64,000 nucleotides of DNA from the human T2T-CHM13v2.0 reference genome, Homo sapiens: NCBI GenBank assembly GCA_009914755.4, contig CP068257.2, positions 15,456,001 through 15,520,000 on the forward strand, in the 5' to 3' direction. The stretch's first letter is position 1, and each line of letters begins with the position of its first letter. Below are positions 39,950 through 59,900 of this stretch, piece by piece. The notes under the pieces were generated by a model that did no database searches, was not told where the DNA came from, and saw only the letters and a program-made list of their open reading frames with translations. A program made the position numbers and the translations under genes.

Positions 39950-40330
39950 CAGAGAAAACAAAAACAATCGTATCACCAATGTGTAAGGACTCTCAGTGGG
40001 TCAAGAGAGGCCTGACCTACTTCAGTTTCTTCAGATATGGTATTTTTCATTTCTAGAATTTCCATTTGGTTCTTTTTCAGAGTTTGCATTTTTCTAATGT
40101 AATCCTCCATCTTATTTTACTTATTATACTTATTTTCCTCTGAATTCTTCAACGTGTTTGTAATTATTATTTTAAATTTCTTGTTTGCTAAATCCAACAT
40201 CTGGGTCACCTGTAAGTCTCTTTTTATTGAGGTTTTCCTCTTGATTGTGAGTCTCATATTCCTGCTTTTGTGCCTGTCTCATGTTTAGTCAAATGATCTT
40301 AGACACTGGAGTAAGTAATATTTTCCTCTA
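39950..40330. mobile_element. Possible ancient L1 (L1M-type) 5'/ORF1-region relic
   Basis: ...TTTCTAGAATTTCCATTTGGTTCTTTTTCAGAGTTTGCATTTTTCTAATGTAATCCTCCATCTT...AAATCCAACATCTGGGTCACCTGTAAGTCTCTTTTTATTGAGGTTTTCCTCTTGATTGTGAGTCTCATATTCCTGCTTTTGTGCCTGTCTCATGTTTAG resembles the antisense of an old L1 5' region (ATTCCAACATCTGGGTCATC...-type). Low identity. I cannot confirm it. Confidence 0.3.
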
Positions 40331-42258
40331 TAAAGGGCTTGTTTTTTATCCTGTCAGAAATCCAGGATGAGGGAAGAGCTCTTTGATCTAACCAAGACTA
40401 AAGCTGGGTTAGGAATGAGTAGTTGCTTTAGATAGTTTTGCCTGGTTTCAAATGTCTTGAGTATGAGATCAAGACCCTTTCTCCAGCAGGACGTTGAGAT
40501 CTAAGCATTGCAAGACTGAGATTTCTCTTTGCTTTTCAGTCTAGTCCTTGGGCTCCCATGCCACCATTTATTCAGCAGAAGTCCTATGGAGAAGAATTGG
40601 TGGGCGGGAAGAATTCACTACACATCTGAAACTCCTGCATGTTTCTAGCCACCATCCCAGCCCATGTGCAGCCAATAAAAATCTGGCTGGATTTTCCTTC
40701 TCACAGAAGTGTTTCTGCCCATGTCAAGTGTGTTATTCTGACTGCCCAGGCGCCCAGACGCAATAAGTATGTTCAGAGGTGAATGTAGCTCCCACTCTCT
40801 GCTCATATCAGAAAGGGTAATCCCCTCGCTGCACTTTACTGCATGTAGACACTTTTGCATCCATAATTTTTGATAGTTTTAAGGAAAACATGACTTGTAT
40901 ATTTAGCCAACATTGTCTCATTGCCAGAGCAAGTGAAATGGTCTTTCCTTATCCGCCACAAATTAAGTGAAAGTGGAACTCTCTATTATTTTCTGTTTGG
41001 AGAGGTTTCCTATACTGCATACTTTACTTAGTAGAGCTCCAAGCAATGCCAGATTATTAAAGTGCTGATTATCTAATGAACATTTAATATTAAGTTTTAT
41101 ATTTGTAAAAATTCATAAATCCAGTACTGTGGGCAGTGTAGTCAATATTTTTCTCATTAGAGACCATCAAGTCATGCAAAGTAAGTACTTTCCAAGTTTA
41201 AATGACAATGGTCAATCTATTTACTCCTTTGACATTATGAAGAAGATCATGATCGTCACTAACACCTATGTAATAGATACCCATAGGGCCCCATCTCACA
41301 CTCTTACAACCCATCTTTTTACTGCAGACATTGCTATAAAATCAGGTCCATGCATTTGTAAACTGACAGCAGCTGCTTCAGCTGCCTCCTGTATCTCTCA
41401 TTTTCATCCCTGAGGCTTTTTTGCCACCACCTCATGGGACTCCTTTAAGAACCTGCTAAGCCATTCTGACTCACGCACAAATCAAAGGAGTGAGGAAGCT
41501 AACACTACAAGGACAATCCTTGACCAATGGAAAAAGAAGGAGAGTAGTGAATAAACACTACCCTCAGTCATCTCTAAGCTGGACAGTTCTGAGTTTCATT
41601 TGACACAGGACCCCAAGGGTATCTGGTAGGACTGAGCTCCAGTTGTCCACAGTAGTGATTAGATGAATAAAGCACCCTGGGATTGGTTTTCTCCCTTCCC
41701 CTGCTTCACTTTCCAGTCCCTAGTACTGTTTCTTGGGATCATTTCCCAAAATAAACTACCTGTATGCAAGCTGTCATATGGTGCTGTGCTTTAGGGAACA
41801 TCATGGATAAAACAGCTTGGAAAGATTGAACAACAATTACAGGAAAGACAGATAAAAGAAACTAGAGATGGGGGCACATTATGATTTCAGAGATATGAAA
41901 ATATCAGAAGAACTATCACCATGGTGTCATGCAAGTGTGTCTTTATTTTAAAAATCTCTAACAACCTCTTTTGTGCAACCATTTCCTAGAATGCCCACTC
42001 ATGTTAACAGTATATGAGTATTTTTAAAATAAAAAATTGCCAAAATTTTTCATAAAACTTGAGATATATTTTAAGTATTTCCATGTACACTATCAACACT
42101 TTAATGCACATACAAAAAGATCAATGGCATAAAATAGTGCTATGCTAAATATATTATAGAACACATGGAAAAATTCACAGGGCACCACAAGCCATTGCCT
42201 CTAGTAATAAAACACAAATATGACATAATTTAAAGTTGTGTCATAACATCTTTCATTC

Positions 42259-42279
42259 GTGTGTGTGTGTGTGTGTGTA
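42259..42279. repeat. (GT)n dinucleotide microsatellite (short)
   Basis: cgtgtgtgtgtgtgtgtgtgtat. Confidence 0.9.
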
Positions 42280-45200
42280 TGCATGTCATAGACAAAATGA
42301 CCTTTTTAGTCCAGTCTTCCCTAATCCCTCCACAAGCTCATAACTGAGGGATGAAGAATCAATGATGAGGATGAGTGTGAATATCCAAATGGCTGCTGGA
42401 AGACTGGGCAACCATAGTGATAACAAGTTGTTGGTTTTCATCAACTCTCACTCCCACTATTCACCTCAAACAAAGCTACTTCTACAATTACCTGTGTTAT
42501 TACTGCTATTACTATACTACCCGTAATAACAACCTTGGACAATTGTCAACAGACAATTGACATTCTCTTGATTCGTAAATTTTGGGTCAAAACCTTTATG
42601 AGAGCTCTATTTTTTTACCTTTAACTTAAAATACACATGAAAGTTTAAGCAAATGCAGTTTTAAGACAAGTCTCCTTGACATCTTTCCTTTTCCAATAAA
42701 TTTACCTGATTTTTGCATCCATATGAAAGTAACAGAGCCAACAAGTAGGATACCAATCTCAGTGAGACATGATGGTGGACTGAAACAGGGATGGAGTAAA
42801 GTCAAAAGATTTGAAAGATATTTAGGTAATAAAACTGCTAGAACTTGGTGATTAGATATGTGGAATGACAATCTAACACATACTACTAGAAATGGGTTTT
42901 CCATTCCCTTCTAATCTGTCTCTAACAGTAGCTATTAGTGAACAACTCCGTGCAGGTGATAGAGTTTTAATCAGGATGAAATATAGCTTGATGAAGAAAA
43001 CGTAGGTGATCCAGGGGAAAAACGGATGTGAAGAAAGCATAAAAATAAAAATATTCAATCCTGTGTAGAGGATAGAAGAGAGAAGAAGCATTTGCACCCT
43101 GATAAAGTCTGACCAAGAGAAGTAGAGTCAATTAACATCTAAATGAAATAAATACTGATTCTCTTAGACTAAACTTTCACTAAATGCTGAATTTCACCCT
43201 TTGTTCATGTAAGCCTCTGGTTGTAAATGAGGGGTGAATCATCCCCCTCCCTCTAGGGGCAGTTGACAATGTCTAAAGACATTTTTGCTGTGATAACACG
43301 GGTCAGGATGTTAGCACTACTGGAATCTCATACATAGAGACCAAGGGTGTTGCTAAATATCTTATAATGCACAAGATAGCCCCCTACAACAAATAATTAT
43401 CCAGCACAAATGTCAATGGTGCCATGTTTGAGAAACCCTAGAATTCACTGACATAAGAAATATCAAATTAGACACCCAGACACTGTCATGTTGTGGGAGG
43501 CACTAAGAAAAGAAAGTCATAGGTCCTGCCCATGAAGAAGAAATGGCTTAAATTTATTAATTTTCAATATAAGAGCAACTATTCAAATAATAGCACAGGT
43601 AGTAATAAGACATATGTCATAAATCAGTATGTCTGTGATTGCTACATAAATGGTATCTATGATAAGTGCTCAATCTATATTTTTATAGAGTGGAGAGCAA
43701 AAGTCAGCCTAGAAAAAAAAACCATACCTGTTTTGTGAACACAGCATTTCTGAGGTGTCTGGAGGAGAAATAACTTAGGATTTCGCTAAAAAAAAAAATA
43801 GTCATGTGAAACAGACAGAAAATATTCTATTTTGGGAAATTTTATGAGTTTTCCAGAGAAAAAAAGATATACTCCATTGCTTAAGGCCAGATTCAGGATG
43901 GTCTTATATTTTTTTTACCTAGAAGTGGAGTTTTGAGCAGTAAAGTGACAGAATGAAATTTATCTTTCAGTAAAAGCAATTAGGTGGCAGTAGGTGGAAC
44001 CAACTGTATATCAGAGGCACTGTGGACAAAGAGAGATCAAGAAGAAAAAATGTTTGAATAGTGACATAAAAGATTCTTGCAAAAAAATGGTGGCTCTGAG
44101 TAAGAAGACAAAACATATAGTAAGATCAACCTGAGAATCAGGAATGGACAGGATTATCCAAATGTCAATAAAAGCAAAGAGTGTATAACAGAAAGTAATT
44201 TGTTTTGTTAAAGGGAGTATTAAAGATCCTCATGCACGTGTAAAACTAATAAACTTCTTATGCCTTTCTTTTACTAAAAAACCTTACTTACACCAACTTG
44301 ACCATCATCTGCTGTGACTTTTTTTTTTTTTTGGAAATAATGGTAATCCCTGGTAACTAGAGGTAAAGAATGACTACATATGATTATAATGACAGGTATA
44401 GCAACTACTTTTAAGGCACCATGTAGAATTCTTTTAGCTTCATCTGGCTTTTATTCCAGCACCTGGACAACGGTCCTGCATAAGCTATGTCCAGCATCCT
44501 GTAGGTAACTTCTGACCACACTTTGTCTCAGGTCTGTGTTGTGTGCCTCCTCCCTCCTTACTCTGGACTTTTCCAGGTAGGATCCCACTGGGATCTGCTT
44601 GATGTCCATATTTTCACAACCTGAGGGTAAATAAGAGTTAACTCCCCATGTGGGCACACAGTAAGCAATCAAGGACAGAAGCCAGTAGATGTATGCTCCC
44701 CACCCAAACCTTGCCTACATGAGATTGCAAGGTGTAGATTATATTGTTTCTCAGGTAGTCCTATAAAATTTAAGAAACCAATCACCTCTATCAGTAGCCA
44801 ACTAAAGAAGACATCTTTGCATTGCCTCTTTCCTGTTTCTGCTTCCTTTCCCTGTCACTCTCGTTTAATCTCTGGGGTCAAACACTAGAATAAAGCATTT
44901 GTCCTTAACCCTGTGTTCCAGGTATGCTTTGTGAAGAACTTAGGTAAAGGCAATCATGATGACATTGATGATGATGACAATAACATCTAATATTGCGGAA
45001 ACATCATTCTCATTTTTACAGGTGAAGAAACTAAGGAAGATAAATGTTGCCTTCATTTCCTCTTAATAAGTTAAGTCACAATAAAGAAAAAACAAAACAA
45101 AAAATAAAATAAAATTAAGTTATAAGGTCTTGCTAATGAGGCTACATGTTTACTCATTGACATTTCCCCTCTTGAAATAAAACAAGATAAGCACAAGGGA

Positions 45201-45929
45201 AAAATAGGTGGCTACGTTAAGTAAACATTTCTAGTTTGTTTTGGTCACAGATGAAACACAGATTCAGTGAGCACATTACAAAGTAGACTTTAAATTACCC
45301 ATTATTTATTATCATTGCATTAATTCTAGTAGTGGAGTTATTTATTTATTTGTGGCTACTATTTGAGAAGTATTCTTCAATACCAGATTGACTTTTAAAA
45401 TTTGAGAAATAATGGCATTCTGGGGACAGAATAGCAAGCACCTTATTGGGTGATGAGTCATGTCTTCAGGGTATATATTAGCTGCTTCTGGCAGTCCTCA
45501 GCATTTGAGGAGTATCTTAATGATGCTTCTCCAAAGCATTTTTAAAAATAGAAAATTAATGAATAAACATAAAACATTATTTACATTTCTTCTTGAGATA
45601 CTTAATTTTTGTGTTTGTGACAGCTTTGGCATGCCAGGTAGGATTTTATGACTCTGCAAGAACTATAGCATTATTGGGCTTGGAGTGCCCTCTAATGCAG
45701 AAATGACTCCGGTGGCCGAAAACATAGATCAAGACGTTCAATTCCCATCAAAACACCTGGAAAGCTTTCCAAAGAAGGACTGGTACAGCAAAGACTACAA
45801 TAAATACTACTAACTCCCCAGACATTGATAGGCATCCAAAGGCATCAAGGCCGTTCGAGAAAATATGATCTCACCAAACAAACTAAATAAGGCAACCATC
45901 ACCAATTCTGGAGAGAGAGAGATATGTGA

Positions 45930-46285
<356 letters not shown>

Positions 46286-48915
46286 ATAATAGCTGCTTTG
46301 AGGAAACTCAATGATATCTAAAATAACACAGAGAAATAATTCAGAATCCTATCAGATAAATTTAACAATGAAATGGAAATAACTAATAAGAACCAAGCAA
46401 AGATTCTGAAGCTGAAAAATGTAATTGACATACTGAAGAATGCATCAAAGTCTCTCAAGAACAGAATTGATCAAGCAGAATAAAGAATTAGTGGTCTTGA
46501 AGATGGGCTATTTGGAAATGCACAGTCAGAGAAGACAAAAAAAAAAGAAGAATGAAACACAACTACATGATCTAGAAAACAGCCTCAAAAGGGCAAATGT
46601 AAAAGTTATTGGTCTTAAAGAGGAGATAGAGAGAGAGAGATCAGGGTAGAAAGTTTATTCAAAGGGATAATAACAGAAAACATCTCAAACCTAGAAAAAG
46701 ATATCAATATTAAAGTACAAGAAAGTTATAGAACACAAAGCAGATTTTACCAAAATAAGACTACATCAAGACATGTGATAATTAAACTCCCAGAGGTCAA
46801 GAATAAAGAAAAGATCCTAAAAGTAGCAAGATAAAAGAAACAACATACAAAGGAGATCCAATAAATCTACCAGCAGGCTTTTCAGTGGAAACTTTACATG
46901 CTGGGAGAGAGTGGTATGACATAGTTAAAGAGCTGAAGGAATTAAAAAACCTATCCTAGAATAGTACAACCAGCAAAAATATTCTTCAAACATGAAGGAG
47001 AAATAAAAACTCTCCCAGACAAAAACCTGAAGGATTTAATCAATGCCAGACCTGTTCTATAAGCAATGTTAAAGGGAATTCTTCATCCAGAAAAAAAAGG
47101 ATATTAATGAGCAATAAGAAATCATCTGAAGGTTCAAAACTCACTGGTAATAGAAAGTACACAAAAAACGAAGAATAACATAACACTGTAATTCTGGTGT
47201 GTAAACTACTTATATGTTGAGTAGAAAGACTAAAATGTGAACCAATCAAAAATAATAACTACAACAATGTTTCAAGGCATAGGCAGTACAATAAGATATA
47301 AATAGAAACAATCAAAAGTTTAAAAACCCAGGAGATAAAGCTGAAGTGTGGAGTTTTTATTTTTGTTAGTTTTTTTCTTTGTTTGTTTGTTCCTGTAATC
47401 AGTGTCATCATTAGTTTAAAATAATGAGTGATAAGATATTATTCACAAGTCTCAGGGTAATCTCAAATTAAAAAACATACAACAGATACACAAAATATAA
47501 AAAGCAAGACATTAAAACCACCAGCAAAAATCGCTTTCACTAACAGGAAGACAGAAAATAAGGAAAGAAGAAAGAAAAGATCACAAAGCAAGCAGAAAAC
47601 ATATAACAAAATGGCAGAGTTAAATTCTTACTTATAAATAATAATATTGAATGTAAATGGACTAAACTCTCCAATCAAAAGACTTAGAGTGGCTGAATGA
47701 ATTTTTTAAAAAAAATGCCTGATGATATGTTGGCAACAAGAAACAAACTTCACCTATAAAGACACACGTAGACTGAAAATAAACAGAAAAAGATATCACA
47801 TGCAAATGGAAACCAAAAAAGAGCAAGGGTCATTATACTTACATGGAACACAATATGTTTCAAGACAAAAACCATAAAAAGAGACAAAGAAGGTCATTAT
47901 ATAATGATAAGTGGCCAATTCAACAAGAATATATACAATTGTAAATATAATACGCACACAATACGGAAGCACCTAGATATATAATGCTAATTGGATTAGA
48001 GCTAAAGAGAGAGAGAGACCCAAATACAATAATAGCTAGAAGTTTCAACACCACACTTTCAACAATGGACAGATTATCCAGACAGAAAATCAACAAAGAA
48101 ATATTGGACCTAATCTGCACTGTAAACCAAATGGACCTCATAGATATGCACAGAACATTTCAACCAATGGCAGCAGAATACACATTCTTCTCCTCAGCAC
48201 ATTGATCATTCTTGAGGCTAGACCATAGGTTATGCCACAAAACAAGTCTTAAAAATTTCAAAAAAATTGAAGTTACATCAAGTATCTTCTTTGCCCACAA
48301 AAGAGTCAATCTAGAGGTCAATAACAAGGGGGATTTTGGAGACTATACCAAAATATAGAAATTACACAATATGTTTCTGAATGACCAGTGGGTTAATGAA
48401 TAAATAAACAGAAAATTTTAAAACGTTTTTAAGCAAATAACAATGGAAGCACAACATATCAAAATGTGTGGCATACAGCAACAGAAGTACAAAGAGTAAT
48501 TTTTTTTTATTATACTTTAAGTTTTAGGGTGCAAAGAGTAAATTTTAAGCCTATAAGTGCCTACATCAAAAAAGTATAAAAACTTCAAATTAACTATCTA
48601 ATGGTGCATCTTAAAGAACTAGAAAAGCAAGAGCAAATTAAACCCCAAATTTGTAGAAGAAAGCAAATAATAAAGATCAATCAGAAATAAATGAAATTGA
48701 AATGAAAAAACAATACAAAAGGCCAATGCAATAAAATATTGGTTTTTTGAAAAGATAAAACTGACAAGCCTTTAGCAGACAAATTAAGAACAGAGATGAC
48801 CCAAATAAATAAAGTCAGAGCAAAATACAGAGAATCTAGAATAGATAGAGAAATTCTTAGACATAGATGTCTGCCTACCAAGAGTAAGCCATGAAGAAAT
48901 TTGAAGCATAAATAG

Positions 48916-49230
48916 AGGCTGGGCACGGTGGCTCATGCCTGTAATCCCAGCACTTTTGCGAGACCAAGGTAGGTGGATCACTTGAGGGCCAGAGTTTGAG
49001 ACCAGCCTAGCCAACATAGTGAAACCCCATCTCTAGTAAAAACACACACAAAAAATTAGACAAGCATGGTGACATGCAATTGTAATCCCAGCTACTCAAG
49101 AGGCGGAGGCAGGAGAATCTCTTTCATGTAGGAGGCAGAGACTGTAGTGAGCTGAATTTGCACCACTGCACTCCAGCCTGGGCAACAGAGTAAAACTCCA
49201 TCTCAAAAAACAAAACAAAACAAAAAAAAC
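48916..49230 (+). mobile_element. Alu inserted in ORF2 of the old L1, with 10-11 bp TSD
   Basis: GGCTGGGCACGGTGGCTCATGCCTGTAATCCCAGCACTTTTGCGAGACCAAGGTAGGTGGATCACTTGAGGGCCAGAGTTTGAGACCAGCCTAGCCAACATAGTGAAACCCCATCTCTAGTAAAAACACACACAAAAAATTAGACAAGCATGGTGACATGCAATTGTAATCCCAGCTACTCAAGAGGCGGAGGCAGGAGAATC...CACTGCACTCCAGCCTGGGCAACAGAGTAAAACTCCATCTC plus A-rich tail. Flanks GCATAAATAG / ACATAAATAG. Confidence 0.9.
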
Positions 49231-49326
49231 ACATAAATAGACCAATAACAAATAACAGATTTAAACCATAAAAGACTGTATCACAGCAAAGAAAAGCCTG
49301 GGACCTGATGAATTCTTTGCTGAATT

Positions 49327-51960
49327 TTAGTTTGAAGTTGGGTAGAGTGATGCCTCCAGCTTTGTTCTTTTAGCTTAGGATGCTATATTAGTCTGTTTTC
49401 ATGCTGCTGATAAAGCCATACCTGAGACTGGGCAATTTTCAAAAGAAAGCAATTTAATGGACTTACAATTCCATGTAGCTGGGGAGGCCTCACAATCATG
49501 GTGGAGGGTGAAAGGCATGTCTCACATGGTGGCAGACAAGAGAAGAAGGTTGTGCAGGGAAACACCTCCTTATATAATTGTCAGATCTCATGAGACTTAT
49601 TCACTGTCATGAGAACAGCACAGGAAAGACCTGCCCCTGTGATTCAATTACCTCCCACCAGGTCCCTCCCACAATACGTGGGAATTCAAGGTGAGATTTT
49701 GGTGGGGACACAGCCAAACCATATCAGATGCATTGGCTATTCAGGCTCTCTTTTGGTTCCATATGAATTTTAAAATAGTTTTTTTCTAGTTCTGTGAAGA
49801 CTGTCAATGGTAGTTTAATGGAAGTACCATTGAACGTATAAATTGCTTTGGATAGTATGGTCATTTTAATACTATTGATTCTTCCCATGCATGAGCATGG
49901 AATGTTTTTCCATTTGTTTGTATCGTCTCTGATTTCTTCAAGCAGTGGTTTGTAGTTCACCTCTCCTGTTCACTGTATTCCTAAGTATTTTATTATTTTT
50001 GTGGCAATTGTGAATGCGAGTTTGTTCGTGATTTGGCTCTTGGCTTAACTGTTGTTGGTGTATAGGAATGTTAGTGATTTTGCACATTGATTTTGTATCT
50101 TGAGATTTTGCTGAAGTTGTTTATCACCTTAAGAGGCTTTTGGGCCAAGACTACAGGGTTTTCTACATATAGGATTATGTCATCTGCAAACAGAAATAAT
50201 TTGACTGCCTCTCTTCCTGTTTGACTGCCTTTTATTTCTTTCTCTTGCTGACTGCCTGGCCAGAAGTTCCAATACTATGTTGAATAGGAGTGGTAAAAGA
50301 GGGCATCCTTGTCTTGTGCTGGCTTTCAAGGGGAGTTCTTCCAGCATTTGCCCAGTCAGTATGGTGCTGGTTGTGGGTTTGTCACAGATGACTCTCATTA
50401 TTTTGAGGTATGATCCATCACTACCTAGTTTATTGAGAGTTTTTAAAATGAAGGAATGTTAAATTTTATCAAAACACTTTTCTGCATCTATTGAGATAAT
50501 CATGTGGTTTTTGTCTTAGTTTTTTGCCTTTGTTTACGTGATGAATCACATTTATTGATTTGCATATGATGAACCAACCTAGCATCTAGGGGATGAATCC
50601 TACTTACTCATAGTGAATACACTTTTTGATGCTGAATTTGGTTTGCCAGTATTTTTTTGGATTTTTTGAATTGATGTTCATCAAGGATATTGGCCTGAAG
50701 TTTTCTTATTTTGTTGTATCTCTGCCAGGTTGGTACCAGGATGATGCTGATCTCATAGAATGAGTTATGGATGAGTCCTCTTCTTCACTTCTTTGGAATA
50801 GTTTCAGTAGAGATGGTATCAGCTCTTCTTTGCACTTCTGGTAAATTTCAGCTGTGAATCTGTCTTACCCTGAGCTTTTTAAGGTTAGTAGGCTATTTAT
50901 TACTACCTCAATTTGAAAACACACTTTTGGTCTGTTCAGGAATTCCATTTCTACCTGGTTCAGTATTGGGAAGGTGTATGTGCCCGTGAATTTATTCATT
51001 TCTTCTAGATTTTCTAGTTTGTGTGTATAGAGGTATTTATAATATTCTCCGATGGTTGTTTGTATTTCTGTGGGGTCAGTAGCAATATCTCCCTTATCAT
51101 TTCTGATTGTGTTTATTTGAATCTTCCCCTCTTCTTTATTAGTCTAGCTGGTGGTCTAACTCTTTCACTTATTTATTCAAAAAAAAAGAAAACACCTCCT
51201 GAATTTGTTGGGGTTTTGAATGGTCTTTCATGTCTCTATCTCCTCCAGTTCAGCTCTGATTTTGGTTACTTCTTGTCTTCTGCTAAGTTTGAAATTTGTT
51301 TACTCTTTGTTCTCTAGTTCTTTTAGATATGATGTTGGGTTGTTAAGATCTTTCTAATTTTTTGATGTGGGCACTTAATGCTATAAATTTTCATCTTAAC
51401 ACTGCCTTAGCTGTGTCCCAGAGATTCTGGTAGGTTGTATCTTTTTTTCTCATTAGTTTCAAATAACTTCTTGCTTTCTGCCTTAATTTCATTATTTTCC
51501 CAAACGTTATTCAGGAGCAGGTTATTCAATTTCCATGTAATCATACGGTTTTGAGTTAATGTCTTAGTCTTAAGTACTAATTTAATTGTGCTGTGGTCTG
51601 AAAGACTGTCTGTTGTGATTTCAGCTCTTTTGCATTTGCTGAGTAATGGTGTAATTCTCATTATGCGATTAATTTTAGAGTAAGTAATATGTGGCAATGA
51701 GAAAAATGTATTTTCAGTTGTTCTGGGGTGGAGAGTTTGGTAGATATTTATCAGGTTTATTTTAATCCAAAGCTGAGTTCAGGTCCTGAATATCTTTCTT
51801 ACATTTCTGTCTCAATGATCTAATATTGACAGTGGGGTGTTAAATTCACCCACTTTTATTGTGTGAGTCTAAGTCTCTCTGAAGATCTCCAAGAAATTGA
51901 TTTACCAATATGGGTGCTCCTATGTTGGGTGCATATATATTTAAGATAGTTAGCTCTTCT
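49327..51960 (-). mobile_element. Inverted LINE-1 ORF2 segment (L1PB-like; L1HS-equivalent positions about 4940 down to about 2210), split by a solo THE1 LTR
   Basis: Minus-strand ORFs 49724-49960 (...[73 protein letters not shown]), 50180-50398 (RT: ...[27 protein letters not shown]...) and 51407-51697 (EN end: ...[66 protein letters not shown]...). The reverse complement of 49329-49380 gives [17 protein letters not shown]. No poly-A or poly-T at either end. Confidence 0.85.
49381..49726 (-). mobile_element. Solo THE1/MST-type MaLR LTR nested in the inverted L1 ORF2 segment
   Basis: TGCTATATTAGTCTGTTTTCATGCTGCTGATAAAGCCATACCTGAGACTGGGCAATTTTCAAAAGAAAGCAATTTAATGGACTTACAATTCCATGTAGCTGGGGAGGCCTCACAATCATGGTGGAGGGTGAAAGGCATGTCTCACATGGTGGCAGACAAGAGAAGAAG...CCTCCCACAATACGTGGGAATTCAAGGTGAGATTTTGGTGGGGACACAGCCAAACCATATCA is the reverse complement of the THE1 LTR. 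L1 ORF2 sequence (KRA.IAKS | [10 protein letters not shown] equivalent) continues on both sides. TSD not clearly resolvable (GGAT / GATG). Confidence 0.8.
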
Positions 51961-51961
51961 T

Positions 51962-56988
<5,027 letters not shown>

Positions 56989-59900
56989 TGTATAAGAGAA
57001 GTATGGAAATAAATTCCTGTAGGAGAAAAGGTATTGTGTAAACTAACTGAATTATATTGTGCAACCTAGCTGAATTAAACATTAATTTTTTGACTAACTG
57101 TTACTCTAACTATTGTAGCTCACATATTACAATAATTTCTGGCTGCTTTTAAACTACATATATGATTCTGATAGAAGGAGAAACTTTCTGACATAAATAC
57201 AGGTTACCCTTAAGCAACATGGGTTTTAACTGGGTGCGTCCAATTAGACATGGAATTTTTTTTCAACCAAACACAGATGGAAAATACAGCCTTCGTGGGA
57301 TGTAAAACCTGCGCATACAGAAAGCCAACTTTTTATATATACAGATTCCACAGGGCCAAGTGTGAGGCTTCACCATGCATAGGTTTGGGTATTTGTGGAC
57401 GTCCTGGTACCACTGCCCTGCGTATACTGAAGGTCGACTGTACTATGCATGAGAGACTTCCACTTTAAAATGGCATCTGGTGATATCCAAATTCCCCACA
57501 AAAGCATTTGTAAATACTCTGAAAAATGCAAAAATGTACAATGCTACAAAAATTTGGTCTGCAAGAATGTATTTACTTACTTACCTAAGGAAACCAAATT
57601 GAAAAATGAAATAAGTAGCCTTCCATGCCCTATTTGCCTGAAAATATGTCTTTGGTTCTCCTCAAACTTCACCCAAGTGCCATGGGAAACAGCACAGGAC
57701 AACAGCTAAGAGTAAAGACTCTGGAGTGAGGCTGTGCTTGTAAGCATGAATCAGGTGCATTCGAGGTTGACATCCTGGTTTTATGGCAACTTGGTGCAAA
57801 CACCAATGATACTATTTTTACAGAAGGTTAGAGAGGGGAGAAAAGAGAATTCATAGGCCCTTGAATATTTTCTACATATGGAAACAAATGACACATATTG
57901 TCTGGCTAACCAAAAGCCAAAAGTTAAAAACAAAATATACATCTTTAAGGGTTAGAGAAAAGGAAACAGATAGGAATAGCCTTAGGAATTCAAAATTGGA
58001 GGAACAATGTAGATCATTGTGAGGTGGCTTCTTTTTTAGCAGTTAATTTGGATACATTAATCATAATCAACTCTCTTTAATCAGAAATTGGGATTTCCTG
58101 AGGACTTTTCATTAATTGCAAACCAGAGCAGTAGGCAAATTATTCTTCACTGCAGATCAGAGTATTCCTTTGTGGGTTATGTTCGTATCCCACAGAATGA
58201 AGTTCAAATAGAATTTTTACTGAATTTTGCTATCATATTACCACACATCCCCCATTAATTCATTACTGCTAATAGAATACATGTGTGTTCCTCAAATGGT
58301 AGACCATGAAATGACTGAGCTAATGAGTAAAACTGAGCTTCTACAGGTATAGCTGGGAGCATGCAGGGGAATGGTATAAGGGCTGTTGTTCTATTCAGCA
58401 CAGAAGCAGTTAAGTCAGCTTCATATTCTCCTCCATTTTGCACTGGCTTTTAATGACATTAAATCAAATTATATTTTCTTAGAAGATTTAATGTTTAGCT
58501 TTTCTAATTTTACCTTCATAATGAAATTGTAGTAGGGCTGTGTGCAGTCATTTGGATAAAATTGAAAGTGCCATCAGTTATACACTCTAAACGAAATAGC
58601 AGCCTTTTTGTTTAACTTTAGTTAATGGTCTCATAGTTTCACATAAAAACTTTCTACCTCCTCTGTTGGAATTTGACTACAAGCTTTGAAACTACAAGCA
58701 AAGTTGCTTATCACAAATGGAGAATTCCCAGAAACAAAAGCTTATCTTAATGCAATTATTCAAATTAAAATGTTTGCATTTGATGACACACATATTTGAG
58801 GACAATCGCCCACCTTTTTTATGTTTACATTTAGTAATTCATGTCCTTTCTGTTTCAAGGCAGCTTCACTGGTACAGTGGTTTCCAGAATCACTTCTCAC
58901 TTCCATTATGAACTTCTTAAAAACTCAGTAAGAGGAGCAGCCTTACGCAGAGAAAGGCACCAGTGTGAAAGTCACTGACCAAAATGTTTTTCAGGTTCTG
59001 AAGCTACTAAGCAGACATCATTGCCCAAATTCTTAAGTTCTCCAAGGCTCTTGTTTCTTCAACTATGAGACTAAGTACCAATAGTAATTATTAGTGATGT
59101 TGTTACTGTCATTCTGAAAATAATAGTAAGTAGCTAATATTTACTGGGTATTTGCCATGTGTCACATTGTGAGCTGGGCACTTGTCTCTGTAAGATCTCA
59201 TTTCATTACCGTGAGAGCTTTATATACAGTCAATGATTTCTTCATTTTACTGATGAAGATATTGAGGTTCAGAGAGGTTTGGAAATTTATGTAAGCTCTC
59301 ACAGCTAGCAAAGGTCATAACCAGAAAACTAAATAAGGTCTGAATTAAGAATAAAAGACATTGAAAGACGCTTTAAGTCCTAAAATTCAGAGTAAAATAG
59401 GAGTCACTGACTGAATTTTAACTTTACGTAAAATATGAAAATTATACTTATGAAACATCCATATTTCTAAAAATAATTTCCTGTTGGAACATCTTTATAA
59501 TTATATACAACATAGTTTAATTTATAAACTTATTTTAGATGTACAGCTACCATTTGAAAGGAGAACGACCTCTAATTTTTATATGAAATACCATGCAGTA
59601 TAATATTACTTCTTGTTAATTTTCAATTAACAATTTTCCTTTTTTAAATCATGTCTCCAATTATTGTCTGTGCCCTTTTTCGGCTGTGCAACTGAAATCT
59701 TTGACTGAAGTGTAATTTCATTATTTGTAAAGGCAGAAACAATGGAACTGTCTGTGCTCATATTAATTTTAGTAGAGCGTGCACTCTAAAATATTTAGCC
59801 AGAGCAACAAAGTTTATGTCAATCCTAGTTATTATCAGCCTAGAAATCTCTTGGAACTAGAATCCATTGTAAAGTCAAATTAAAGGTTTCTGTCTCTTGG

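Noticed and set aside
57180-57470. Possible ancient DNA-transposon or MER-type repeat relic (...GTCCTGGTACCACTGCCCTGCGTATACTGAAGGTCGACTGTAC..., reminiscent of the ...GGAACCAATCCCC.CGGATACCAAGGGCCGACTGTA family of motifs)
   Set aside because: I could not match it confidently to a specific consensus from memory, so it stays out of the feature list. RepeatMasker would resolve it.
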